The position numbers and the translations under genes were made by a program. Positions 1-12,678 of a stretch of 64,000 nucleotides of DNA are shown here, piece by piece. The stretch's first letter is position 1; each line of letters opens with the position of its first letter. The notes below the pieces were generated by a model. It saw nothing but the letters and a program-made list of their open reading frames with translations. It was not told where the DNA came from and did no database searches. The DNA comes from the human T2T-CHM13v2.0 reference genome, Homo sapiens: assembly GCF_009914755.1 (NCBI RefSeq), contig NC_060931.1. One strand, given 5' to 3'.

Positions 1-101
1 GGTTCAAAACTTACAATGACATTCTCAATGGTGTGGCTGTTGGGTTGGTCATACGGATCATATGGAAATCTAGAGTCACAGATGAAGCATTTTTGTTCCC
101 C
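1..101 (-). CDS. LAMB4: Laminin beta-4 coding exon 4, truncated by window edge (LN domain: [33 protein letters not shown]...)
   Basis: Minus-strand acceptor TTTTCCAG|GGG at 102-103. Phase 0 matches the end of exon 3. The translation is a laminin beta LN-domain segment I recognise as LAMB4. Confidence 0.93.
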
Positions 102-472
102 CTGGAAAACACCATTATTAAAATTAAAAATAAAAATTGGAATTACATATTGTTGGGCTAAATTAAAGGCAAGCTGTACTTACTATGTTTGTCTTCCAAA
201 CTGGCTAAAAATAAAAGGCAGAGGAAATAACAAGACATCAAAATGCCTATCAGTAGGTGCCTAAGTACAACAATAAACTATGAACTAAAATTTTATAAAT
301 TTATACATTTGGAATAAAAATGCAAATTTATGTAAAACTAATTTTCTGTCATATAAGAGGCAGAGGATCTGGAAGTTATTTTAAACTGTACACAACTAAT
401 ATGAAGAAATAAAAAATTAGAAATAGACCTCTTAGAAGGTCTTAGTGAATTGGAACTAGTTTTGCTTAGGAT

Positions 473-746
473 TTTTTTTTTTTTGAGACAGAGTCTCATG
501 CTGTCACTGAGGCTGGAGTGCAGTGTTGCAATCTCCTGGGTTCAAGAGACTCTCATGCCTCAGTCTCCCGAGGAGCTGGGATTACAGGCATGCACCACCA
601 CACCCGGCTATTTTTTTGTATTTTTATTAGAGACAGGTTTTCACCATGTTGGCCAGGCTGGGTCTTAAACTCTTGGCCTCAAGTGATCTGCCTGCCTTGG
701 CCTCCGAAAGTGATGAGATTACAGGTGTGAGCCACTGACCCCAGCC
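473..746 (-). mobile_element. Alu (S/J-type) with TSD TGCTTAGGAT (463-472 / 747-756)
   Basis: Poly-T followed by antisense Alu consensus, with flanking direct repeat. Confidence 0.93.
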
Positions 747-1199
747 TGCTTAGGATGGATTTTTGAAGGTTACAACAGCAAAGGCTGGCCTTTGAGTTTG
801 CTTAATTTAATGCATCTACTTGCAGCTATACTTGAAACTCCTAAGGGGCTCTGTAAGGATTTCCAAAGCACTGTCAGTGGCCTGCAGTTATTCCTGGCTA
901 ATACTCAGAGGACTCTGAAGGAGCTCTTTTGCAAAGCTTCTGGGAAGCGGGGGCTGATCATTATAACCTTCTGTGCTGGAAATTGCCTACAACAGCATAG
1001 GTGCTCAGCTGGTGGCACTCAGTGCACGTTGCTTGTATGTCCTAGCCATGGCTCACAAGGCCCAACATGATCTGGCCAGGGCCACCTCTTTGCCTTTATG
1101 TCTACTTGGCTTTTCACTCTCTTGACTCTGGCTACACATGCTTCTTGCTATTTTTTAAGCACTTAGAGTCAGAAGAGTTCAAGTTGTTCTTCCTCCCAG

Positions 1200-1532
1200 C
1201 TAGTCTTATCTCTTGCTCCTTCCCTTATTTCAGGTTTCTGTTAGAATGCCTTCATTTCAAAGAGCCTTTCCCTGACTACCCTATTAAAATGCCACCATCT
1301 TTTCACCCCCATGGCCCTCTGCCACTCTCTATTTTTTGTCCTGCTTTATATATTTCCTAAGCCCTTATCACTACTTGAGGCTATATTATACAGTTGTTGG
1401 TTTATTGTCTGTCTCTATAATAAGAATAAAAACTGAATGGGGCAAGGACCTGGTTTTATTTATTGCTGTATCTCCATTACCTAGAATAGTGTGTGGTACA
1501 TAGTAGATGTTCAGTAAAATTTATTAAATGCA
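1200..1532 (+). mobile_element. L2 LINE 3' fragment
   Basis: L2-like 3' end ...cctagaatagtgtgtggtacatagtagatgttcagtaaaattt. Boundaries approximate. Confidence 0.65.
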
Positions 1533-2300
1533 GGATGATTTTAATGATTATTTCAGCTACAGTCAAAACAAATCAACCCTTCGAGAGATTCATATAATCA
1601 GTGTATCTTAGCATCACTGGTCACTATAGGCCTTATTGTTGAAGAAAGCCAAAATGCCTTTTGAAAATTAAGGCAAAATGGATCTAAATAAATTTTGCAT
1701 AGGGGTAGGCCCATCCCAGTGACCAGTAGAAGCTTTGTGATTCTATCAAAAGTGATGGTCTTCAAATAATTTCCAATAATACTATGGAAATTACTTGAGA
1801 AAATGTTTAACTTCAGGGCTTGTGGACCATTTTTTGGTTAACATTTTAGAAGTATAATCTTTGATGAGGTTGGCTTCAGAGGATGCTAAGTTGTGGCCAC
1901 TAAATGTGAGTTCCATCTTGGATAATTTAATAGGTCAATGTTGACTGGAAGCTTCTGAACAAAATGTTTTGCTTGGTAGCTCTTTCTTAGATAACAGATG
2001 GGAAAAAATCATCCTCCATGCTGCGTGAATGTTTGTCTAGACCAGTGGTCGTAGCCCCTTCTATAATACACTTTGTCAGCCTGAAATATTTTGAGGTTTT
2101 TTCCAGCTCTAAGCTTTCTAAGATTTCTGTCATTCTCTAGACAAAAGAAGCCTCCACAGTTGGAGTTACTTCTATTTTTGGTGGTATAACTTTGAGATAT
2201 AAGAACACCAATTTCTAATTATCATCAGAGTATGTTGGCTCAGGCAACAGTAAGCAAATGCCAGTGGGAGAACAAGATGGCTGGCGCTCATATTGGAAAG

Positions 2301-2597
2301 TGGCGGTGGCTCATGCCTGTAATTCCAGCATTTGGGAGGCTGAGGCAGACGGATCACTTTAACCCAAGAGTTGGAGACCAGCTTGGGCAACATAGTGGGA
2401 CTGGTCTCTATAAAAATACCAAAAATTAACAGGGCATGGTGGTGCTTGCCTACTCCACCAGTAGGTGGAGTAGCCTCCCCTACTTGGGAAGCTGAGGTGG
2501 GAAGATCACCTGAGCCTGGGAGGTTGGGGCTGCAGTGAGCTGTGATCATGCTACTGCATGCCAGCCTGGGTGACAGAGCGAGACCCTATCTAAAAAA
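2301..2597 (+). mobile_element. AluJ-like element with an internal palindromic insertion
   Basis: Diverged Alu consensus in both arms. Confidence 0.9.
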
Positions 2598-3443
2598 TAG
2601 AGTTGAGAACCAATTCTTTGTCCAGAGCACCTGGACTTAGTAGTCACCTGGCCTAGAGTTGAGCAGAACTTCCACCATGTAATTTCCTTGCACATGCAGA
2701 GAATTTGCTTTCTTACACAAGTACTTCCCAAACTTAGAACAGTGATATGCACCCAAGTATTGTCTCCACTTATTTATAATAGTCACCTTTTACTAGAAAC
2801 CAATTTGAATACAAAGCATTTCCCAGAGACTTAAGCAGTTGCTTTAAATGAACAATACATGGAAAAGCCTGGACCACTAACATTAGGCTTATGTCCAACT
2901 TCCTTCCTGCACATCCTCTCATTTATGGGGTGGACGTGATTACCTCAGGGTTTTTGGTAGGGACGATACTCAGATGACCTTGGATGCTTGTTCTGTTCCC
3001 AGTACATGGAGAGGAAAAGAAACCTGAAAAGCCACTTATCCTTTTATAAAACTGATCTTTAAGGGGAAAAGGCACAAAACTATGTTCACATTGGGAATTT
3101 ATGATTTTTAGACAGTATAACTTCCAAGTAGTATTATGTTGGTGTACAATCAATTCAAAGTTCTACACCTCTTCCATCTCAAGGCAGAGCAATGAGGACT
3201 CATGTTCAGCATAATGGCAGCAGGCCCTGATGAATCTTCAAACTTCATTAAATGAGTCAATTAGGTTTCCTCTATGGGAGTGGCAAAGGTAGCCAAGTAG
3301 ACTAGTAAATTTTATAGCAATTCCTTACAAAGACTAACCAAAAAGACTTTTATGTCTCATTCTGAAGGTAACAGGAAATGGAAATTAAGCAAATCTTCCT
3401 TATTTTTGATCAGTTAAGGTTTCCTGGACTTTGAATTACATGA

Positions 3444-4029
3444 GAGTTGGCTCTCTGCATCTGCAAGTTCCATATTTGTGGATTCAACCAACCAAGGATT
3501 GAAAATATTTGGGAAAAAATAACAACAATAAAACAATAACAGGGTAGGCCCAGTGGCTTAGCCTGTAATCCCAGCAACTCAGGAGGCTGAGGTGGGAAGA
3601 TCGCTTGAGGCAAGGAGTTCGAGATCAGCCTGGGCAACATAGTGAGACCCTGTCTCTAAAAAGACAAAATTAAAATTAGCCAGGTGTGGTGGTGCATGCC
3701 TGTATTTTTAGCTGCTTCAGAGGCTGAGGTACACTCCAGCCTGGGCAGCAGAGTGAGACCCCTGTCCCTAATGAAATAAAAATAAGATTAACAATATAAC
3801 AATAAAAAGAACACATTTTAAGATGTAGTGTAATAATTATTTACATAACATTTACATTATGTTAGGTATTACAAGTAATCTAGAGATTATTTAAAGTACA
3901 TGGGAGGATATAGGTAGGTTACATGTAAATACTATGCCATTTTAGATCAGGGACTTGAGCATCCATGGATTTCGGTGTTGGGGGAAAGGGTCCCGGCACC
4001 AACGCCCCGTGGATACTGAGGGACAACTG
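3444..4029 (-). mobile_element. TcMar-Tigger (MER2/Tigger3-group) DNA transposon relic interrupted by an Alu
   Basis: Termini resemble the CAGTTGTCCCTCAGTATCC-type TIR (...ggatactgagggacaactg at 4011-4029). Internal gtggattcaaccaacc motif. Confidence 0.75.
3547..3785 (+). mobile_element. AluJ-like element with a right-arm deletion
   Basis: Alu consensus jumping from gaggctgaggt to acactccagcc. Confidence 0.88.
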
Positions 4030-4157
4030 CACCAGTGTCTCCATTGTTTAAAAAGGAAGTTGTCTCCTTTAATGTCTGAGTAGCCCCAGGTGTACCTGGA
4101 AAAATCTACATCATTGATTAAATAATGTCCCAGCAAATAAACAAAGAGCCAACCCAC

Positions 4158-4315
4158 CTCCAGGTAACTGAGGATGCAGTATTTCTGGGCTCTGCTCAGC
4201 CCACAGGTAGAAGAAGCCATAAGCTGCGTGTTCCTGCCCACCAGGAGATCACCAGTGGTGGGATGACAGGCACCCCTGTTGCAGTCATCTTGAGCTTTTG
4301 AGTAACTGAGCCACC
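4158..4315 (-). CDS. LAMB4: Laminin beta-4 coding exon 3 (158 nt; (G)[52 protein letters not shown])
   Basis: Acceptor TTCAAG| at 4316-4317 and donor GAG|GTGGGT at 4156-4157. Laminin beta N-terminal motif [14 protein letters not shown]...STCGL. Overlaps ORF 3942..4241. Confidence 0.95.
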
Positions 4316-4905
4316 CTTGAACACAACAGAAATAGCTTACACGGAAGGCAGTCTAAGGACAGCACAGGGCCTGCAGAAATGACTGGTTAAGGGGGAAAGT
4401 TATGTATTTATTTAATATTGGCCAAAGATGTATCAGACTTTTAAGTTTATTAATAGATGACAAATGGTCCCTACTTTGCTTGCTGGGTGGCATGAGGTGT
4501 AATACCTCTTTGAGTCTTTTGAAATCTGTATTTCAAAATACAGATTTGGATTAAAAATAAATACTTCTAAAATGTGTTGAACTGAACTCCATATCAGCAG
4601 GATTCTCCATCAAAAAGAGATACCGAGAATAATACACTTGAAAGATACTGCATTCTGTATCCCTTTCTTATTTGCAATGGACACCCGCATATGAAAGTCC
4701 AAGAGATGCTTCCATGAAACTAAAACGAACAAAACAAAACTCTTTAATGTTGTTTAATCTAGCATTTCCCAAATTTATTTCACCATGGAAGGCATTTTTT
4801 ATTCAAATCAGGTTAACATTTTGTGCAATACTAGGAAAACACTTGGGAAATCCTAAACTCAATTTTGTTTAAGTGTCTTCCAGTCTTAAAAACCCTATGA
4901 ATTTT

Positions 4906-5210
4906 GCCAGGCACACTGGCTCATGCCTGTACATCTCAGCACTTGGGAGACTGAGGTGGGAGAAGTGCGTGAGGCCAGGAGCTCAAGACCAGCTTCTTCA
5001 ATATAGTGAGACTCCCATCTCCACAAAAAAATGAAAAGAAATTAGCCAGGCATGGTGGTTCATGCTTGTAGTCCCAGCTACTCAGGAAGCTGAGGCGGGA
5101 GGATTGCTTGAGCCCAGGTATTCAAGTCTATAGTGAGCTATAATGGTGCCATTGCAATCCAGCCTGAGTGACAGAGCAAGACCCTATCTCAAAAGCAACA
5201 CCAAAAACAA
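4906..5210 (+). mobile_element. AluJ-like element
   Basis: Full-length dimeric Alu, diverged. Confidence 0.9.
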
Positions 5211-5707
5211 TCCTATCATTTTGGAAATGGGGAGGTCAACATGTCTTACTTAGAGATTGAATTTAAAGTTAAATCTCAGGAATTAAGTTATAAACCCATA
5301 TAATCAAATTATTCTGGAAAATTTCATAAATTACCTATATAGTACAGCATACATGGTTTTGTGTAGACAAATCCTAACATAACGTTTGAGAACTATCAAG
5401 TTAGATAAAGAAGGAAACAAAGGAAACTCTACATGCAAATGAGCAAGCATTCTAATCATTCCGAGTTAAGATAACTGTTAAACATCTATACGGGCATGAG
5501 GGGCAAGTAGGGTCATCTGAAATAGTTCTTTCCATCATGTTATCTAATACACTTTGGTAAGCAATAATTTATTAATGGATTTGTTAATTGTTGGGAAGAT
5601 TGAATAAAACAAAGTGGAATCTTACTGGGGGTTAAGATCTAAAGTTAACACACAAAGTTAAACATATATATAATGAGTGTCTACTGTATTTTGTGGGTAG
5701 CTACTTA

Positions 5708-6261
5708 TGTTACAGGAAAGGGGTCCCGACCCAGACCCCAAGTGAGGGTTCTTGAACCTCACACAAGAAAGAATTCAGGGCGAGTCCATACGGTAAAGTG
5801 AAAGCAAGTTTATTAGGAAAGTAAAGGAATAAGAGAATGGCTACTCCATAGACAGAGCAGCCCCAAGGGCTGCTGGTTGCCCATTTTTACAGTTATTTCT
5901 CGATGATATTCTAAACAAGGGGTGGATTACCCATGTCTTCCCCTTTTAGACCATATAGGGTAACTTCCTGATGTTGCTATGACATTTGTTAACTGTCATG
6001 GCACTGATGGGAGTGTAGCAGTGAGGACAACCAGAGGTCACTGTCGCGGCCATCTTGGCTTTGGTGGGTTTTGGCTGGCTTCTTTACTGCAACCTGTTTT
6101 ACCAGCAAGGTCTCTATGACCTGTATCTTGTGCTGACCTCCTATCTCATCCTGTGACTTAGAATGCCTTAACCATCTGGGAATGCAGCCCAGTAGGTTTC
6201 AGCCTCATTTTACCCAGCTCCTATTCAAGATGGAGTTGTTCTGGTTCACATGCCTCTGACA
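5708..6261 (-). mobile_element. ERV1 solo LTR, MER41A-like (554 bp, 4-bp TSD CTTA)
   Basis: TG...CA ends. Minus strand begins TGTCAGAGGCATGTGAACCAGAACAACTCCATCTTGAATAGG and ends ...GGGACCCCTTTCCTGTAACA. CTTA at 5704-5707 and 6262-6265. Confidence 0.88.
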
Positions 6262-6439
6262 CTTATAGAAATAGTTTTTTTTCTTTTAAAAAACTATATA
6301 TGAAAAAGACAATATTATTTTATTGTTAATTCAATTAAAGCATTAGAATCCTGTTTGATTCTGGAGGCCAAATCTAAGCTCTAGTTTTCTCTTTATTGCA
6401 ATTCAAAATGATAGTGATAATTTTGTAGATGTAAAATAG

Positions 6440-8106
6440 CCTCTAGATGGAAGGGCAGAGGACCTAGAATGGCTAAAACATTTTGAAAAAAGAAAATAAA
6501 GGCGAAGGAATAGCTCTATTCAATATGAAGGCTTACTATATAGCTATAATAAAGAACAGACTGCGATTTTGGCAGAGGAAAAGACACCTAGATCAATGGA
6601 ACAGAATAGAGAACCCAGAAATAGACCAATAAAAATATGTCCTACTGATTTTTGAGGTGCAAATGCAACTCAATGGAGGAAGAACAGCCTTTTCAATAAA
6701 TGGTGCTGGAGCAATTGGATCCATAGCCAAAAAAAGAAAAAGAAAAAATGAACTGCAAGCAAAACCTCACACCTTATATTAATATTAATTAAAAATTCAG
6801 CATAGACTTAAATGTAAAATGTGAAACTATAGAGCTATGAAACTCATATAAAACATAGGAGAAAATCTGGCATTTAGGGCTAGGTGAATAATTTTTAGAA
6901 TTGCCAAAAAAAAAACCATGATCCATAAAAGGAGAATTTAGAAAATTGGACCGTGTCAAAATTAAAAACTTTTGCTCTGAGAAAGACCTTATGAAGAAGT
7001 GAAAAGGTAAACTATGGAGTAAGAGAAAATACTTGCAAACCATATATCCAACAAAGCTCTTGTACTTACAATTTAATAAGAGCTTTCAAAACTCAACATT
7101 AAAAAAGCCAATCAAATGAGCAAATGGCAAGTGACATGAACAGAACACTTCAGTGAAGAAGATACACAGATGGCAAATAAACACATGAAAAGAGGTTCAA
7201 CATCATTAGCCACTGGGGAAATGCAAATCAAATCACATTGAGATATCACTACACACCAATCAGAATAGCAAAGATAAAAATAGTGATAACACCAGATGCT
7301 AGAAAGGATGTGAAGATCCCGCATACCCTGCTGGTGGGAATGAAGAATGGTATAGGCACTCCTAGGAAGAATATGGTAATTTCTTACAAAACTAAGCAGG
7401 TACTGATCAAGCAACTCAGCAAGGGAACTCTTGAGTATTTATCGCAGAGAAATTACAACTTATGTTCACACAAAAACCCTATACAAATGTCCACAGCATC
7501 TTTATCTGTAATAATAAAAAACTGGAAACACCCAATGTCCTTCACTGGGTGAAGGGTTAAACCAAGTGTGGTACATCTGTACCATGGAACCTAGCAAAAA
7601 AAAGTAGTGAACCATTGATACAAGCAACAACTTGGATGGATCTGAAAGGAATTGTGCGGAGTGAAAAAAGGTTATGTACTGCATAATTCTATTTGTATCA
7701 CATTACTGAATGACAAAATTATAGAGATAGAGAACAGATTAGTGGTTGTCAGTGGTTAGGAAGGCAGAGGGGGAGGGAGGTGGATGTGGCTATAAAAGGG
7801 TAGTACTAGGGATCCTTGAGGTGGTGGAACTGTTCTGTATCTTGACTGTGGTGATGGGCACATAAATCTATATGGTGATAAAATGGCATAGACTCAAATA
7901 CACGCACACATGAGTACATGTATAACTGGTGAAATCTGAATAAGGCCTGTGAATGACATCAGTGTTGATTTCCTGGTTGTGATATCGTGCTATAATTATA
8001 TAAGATGCTATGACTGAGAGAAATTGGGTGAAGGGGTATATGGTCTCTCTCTGTGTTATTTCTTACAGCTGTGTGTGACCTTACAATTATTTCAAAATAA
8101 AAAGTA
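6440..8106 (+). mobile_element. Old L1M LINE: end of ORF2 plus 3' UTR
   Basis: L1 hallmarks gaacagaatagagaacccagaaatagacc and cttttcaataaatggtgctgg. Degenerate ORF2 peptide (MRYHYTPIRIAKIK). Confidence 0.85.
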
Positions 8107-9575
8107 AAAGAGACAAACAATCCCCAACCCCCATCAACCTCTGGATGGTAAACCAAGCAAATCCCAGACTCTAAAAATACACATGTGACATGTTCTAGCT
8201 GCTCTTATACACTTTATCCTTGAGACATGAAAATTTGTGCCAAGCCTTATTTCAGTAGACAGGAGTGACAGGGATGGGCCTATAATAAAAAATAATAACC
8301 ATACAGTGAAATCAGCTTGGTTTCTTTTCAGTTTTCTCCATTTAAAAAATATAATAATCTTTTCATGAACTTGTTTTACATTTAATGGCTTTCTTTCCTT
8401 CGATTTGACCTCCAAAATAGCCTATATGGTTATTGAAAAAAACGTGTTATTTCTCTTACTTAAACATTATTCACATGAACTATTAATCTAGTCATTTTGT
8501 ATTATTAGGCATGTAACAGACATGGATCATAAGTTCTACAGCTAAGAACATGATAATGTCTCCACCCACACAAGTTACTAAATGACACTTTGAACAGGAA
8601 ATTTTCTATTCTCAATCTCAATGTAAAGATTATTATTCTAAAACAAGGGCACATTTCTTTCTCTTCTGAGATAGCTATGTGAAGAAAGCTAGCTCCATTG
8701 GACACTTGCTGTTTTGTGGTATAATAAATGGTTAATGCGGACTTTTATTTAACCAGCAACCCACATTCATATTTTGTTTGTTTGCTTGTTTTCCGGAATT
8801 GGTATCTAGGATAAATAGCTATTCAGAAGTTTGGACTCCAATAGACCAAAGATTTTTAAGGACAATATCAGGTATAACATTTCCGTTGATGTTACATGTG
8901 AATAAAAGAAGACTTCCCTTCCAGGGATTTATACTTTTAGACAAGTTCCATCCTGGATTTTTTTTTAATTGGAATTGTTGCCTTAGAGATTTAACATGTT
9001 TTTATAACCTGACTTGGCCAAACTTGTTTTTGTCAGAATTTTTTTTTCAGAAAATATATTCCAGGACTTAGGGAAATTTAACTATTATTCCTGTAACATT
9101 ATAAGTGCAAATATGAACTTCTTGTCTAAAATATTTGGCAAAAAGTGACTAGAAATGTAAATAGTTAAAGTTTCATGCCTGAACATAGACTAAGCAATAT
9201 CCTTCCTGGGATGAAGTTTCCAAATGCCAAATCACATTAGCAACGGGTTGGAATTAATTCAGAAAATAAACATGTTTATGTCTTTTGACAATCAACACGT
9301 TCCTAAAAGATGACGCAACCTGAAGATAGAACCTGAAGATAGAATGTTATGAACTTTAAGAATGTTATGAAATTCCAAAATGAATTTAGGAGATCTGGTC
9401 ATTTAAGGAAAATATACAGTAAATTTTCTGTAAAGAATTGTTTTATAGAAATTACTGTTACTATATAATTTCTCTAGTATTTCTGCATGTTGTCATAATT
9501 TTCTCAAACACATGAGATGCTTTCTCACACTTTAGAGTTCACATCAGAGCTTTAGAGGATGTAAACACATGTTTA

Positions 9576-9985
<410 letters not shown>

Positions 9986-11284
9986 TTATGATTATTTCTC
10001 CTTATATTGCTCAGTCAGAAGATAAAACTAAGTGTTTAAATAGGCTGCAGTATTTATGTAAGTGTCTATGTTCAAACTATCAATGGGAAAATTCCCAAGC
10101 TGATGATATGTAGCTAACCTGCTTGGGAGTTTGACCATGGCAACTCAAGAGGTTTGGTTAAGGTCAGGGCAAGCTTATATTTAGAAATGTACGATTGATT
10201 GCAGTGAGGTCTTTTCTGCCCAAGCTAATTTAGTTTAGAAGATTGCTTCTCCAGAGAGAGGAGTCCCCTAATTGAGGAGGGCTCTCTCAGCAACTGTGGA
10301 TCGGTTTAGAACTTTTGCAAGATGTAAGTAAGATATTCTATACAAAGGCTGGGGAGAAGGTAGAGTGATCCTCAGTGGTCCCTTCTGATTTTGGATATTG
10401 GTTTAGTTTCAAAGAGAACATGTAAGGCAGGTGCAGGTTAAAATAACTGTTTTTCTGAATGAGACCAGTCCTGGGATGTGGAGGATGAACTGAGGGCTCC
10501 AGATGAATGACAAGTTTCTGTTCCCACTGGGCTGTGGCTCACCTCTCCAAGGCAGGGGATTTTCAACAGAGAACAAATGAGTGCTTACCATCTGGACTAT
10601 TACCAGCAAATCTAACTGGAAAATTACCTCAGGGTTGGAAAATTGTGAAGAAAAAGAAAAAGGTGAGATTCTGAAGGTTTGTTGTCATGAAGAAATTCAG
10701 CATAAATCTTTGAAGTGAAGATTCTAAGCAATTTAGTTAGTAATCAGTAACCAAAAGCAGGCCTGTTTTCGATGTAGAAAAGTCAGATCAAAGAGAGTAA
10801 TTGTTGGAAACATCTTCTCTATGATTAATGTAAATTGTTCTCAGCTTATTAAAGACAGCAGGAGCATGGAGAATTTGGCCTTTTAGCTTAGAGCTGCTGC
10901 TTACTTAGAAGAGGGAATTTTGCCTGTAACTTCTTCACAAGACCTCATTGCTGGGAAAAGTGTTACATTGAAAGCACAGCTATTAAAAAAATTAGATGCA
11001 TTGTATTTGTAAATTAAGACACTGAAACTATTCTCTGTTCTTTAATATTTTACTTATCTGAAGATAACATTCCATTAAAAAGTGATAGAAATAGCTATAT
11101 GTGGATACTAAACATGTTGGAGTGGAATTTTTCAGTTGCTTGACACAATTACACAACAACAACAGAATAGCTACATAAGCATACAGCACTATAGAAGACA
11201 GAAGTGAATATGTTTAAAAACTATTTCCATTAAATATTTTAGGACAGCGCAAGCAGTAAATAGATTTTGACAACAAATACTCAC

Positions 11285-11318
11285 CAAGGTGCAAAAAAAG
11301 GGTCAGTTGAAATTGCAT
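11285..11318 (-). CDS. LAMB4: Laminin beta-4 exon 2 coding part: start codon and signal peptide MQFQLTLFLHL(G). The exon spans 11285-11351 including 33 nt of 5' UTR.
   Basis: ATG at 11318-11316 with A at -3. Donor G|GTGAGT at 11283-11284. Acceptor T-tract...CCCAG|TAG at 11352-11353. Joins exon 3 in frame (phase 1) to give a hydrophobic signal peptide [19 protein letters not shown]. Confidence 0.92.
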
Positions 11319-12166
11319 TCTTTTGTCAGGAGATGATTAAATTCAATTCTACTGGGTTAAAAAAAGGTTAAAGTCAATCACTGATAGAAGAAATAATTGC
11401 CATCATCACATGTTATGTAAAAGTGCTTAGGGTTATCGAATGGTTCTTATGCTTTAGACATACGAAATAACCACACTGTCCAGATCCTCAAAAAATAAGA
11501 GTGCATAAACATTTTAACAAATATTTGTTTGCTCTTAATGTTTGCCATTTTTTGAAATCACAGAATTCAATTGTTTGTGGGAAATAAGAGGAAACAAATA
11601 TAATTTCCTTTGCATATTTTAATTTTAACCTACTTTTTGCCCATTCTTATTTAGAAACTTTTTCTTCTAAAAATTACACAGTTAATACATACTTATTATA
11701 GAAAAAGTAGAATATTCAGACAGGCAAAATGAAGAAAAATATCACCTATAATACCACCCGCAGTGGGCCATGATTGCACCACTGCACTCCAGCGTGGGCA
11801 ACAGAGCAAGACACTGGGGATGGAGGGAGGCCCCTCTCTCAAGAGCCTTTTCTTCCATACTTTTTCCTTGCACAAATAATTTTCAAAAGTATTATCACAC
11901 TGTTTTCTTATTTCGATCAATACATTCCAGGCATCTTTCTGTACTAACAAATGCACTTTTAATTAGTGATATTTTATCAAGATTAAGATCACCTGGAGTC
12001 TCCTATAAAGCAAACTTGTGATTTTCTTCTTTGTAGATTTGGCCATGGCCCTTGAGAGAGAGGCTTCCCTCCATCCCCAAGTTACCATTGAAGAGAGTTC
12101 TGATCCAGAGTGGAGTACATATACACTTCAGTGGGTCTGGAGAAAAGAAGGTAAAATTTGTAATGG

Positions 12167-12375
12167 TTTTTTTTTTTCCTTTTTTTAAGACAGTGTCTCA
12201 CTCTGTTGCCCAGGCTGGAGTACAGTGGTGCAATGGTGGACCAGTGCAGCCTCAGCCTCCTGGATTCAAGCTGATTCTCCCACCTCAGCCTCCCCAGTAG
12301 CAGAGACTATAGGCATGTGCCAGCATACCCAGCTAATTTTTATTTTTTGTAGAGATGGAATCTCATTGTGTTGTA
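12167..12375 (-). mobile_element. Truncated AluJ-like element
   Basis: Antisense right arm and linker. Confidence 0.85.
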
Positions 12376-12571
12376 AGATGGACAACAGTATTTTTAATTA
12401 CTGCATAGTATTAGTCTGAATGTAGAAACTAGAATTGATTTAATGAATTCTCTATTGGTTGATGTGTACTTGGTTTATAATATTTTCCTATTATAAATAT
12501 TTCTGCTAAATCTTTGTTTATAGCCTTATTCACTATGATATAGTAAATGGAGCAGAAATAATGAGCCAAAG

Positions 12572-12678
12572 AGTATATGTGTGTGTGCATATAACCATAT
12601 ATGTATATAAAGATTGTATATATATACACATACACACACATGCATATATACAAATATACATATGTATATGTGTGTATA
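12572..12678. repeat. Imperfect (TA)/(TG)/(CA) alternating purine-pyrimidine tract
   Basis: Directly visible low-complexity dinucleotide run. Confidence 0.85.

Noticed and set aside
9-14. GTAAGT donor-like site inside LAMB4 exon 4
   Set aside because: Weak exonic side (ATT|). The reading frame continues as the expected laminin sequence (VSFEP) to the window edge.
16-264. Plus-strand 82-aa ORF
   Set aside because: Antisense shadow of LAMB4 exon 4 and its intron.
6789-7684. ORFs with L1 ORF2-like peptides (also 42017-42211 and 58656-59000)
   Set aside because: Degenerate fragments of old L1 copies with stops and frameshifts; not active or functional genes.
9317-9371. Short tandem duplications (AACCTGAAGATAG x2; AGAATGTTATGAA x2); similar ~40-bp repeat at 58498-58562
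   Set aside because: Ordinary slippage duplications with no sign of function.
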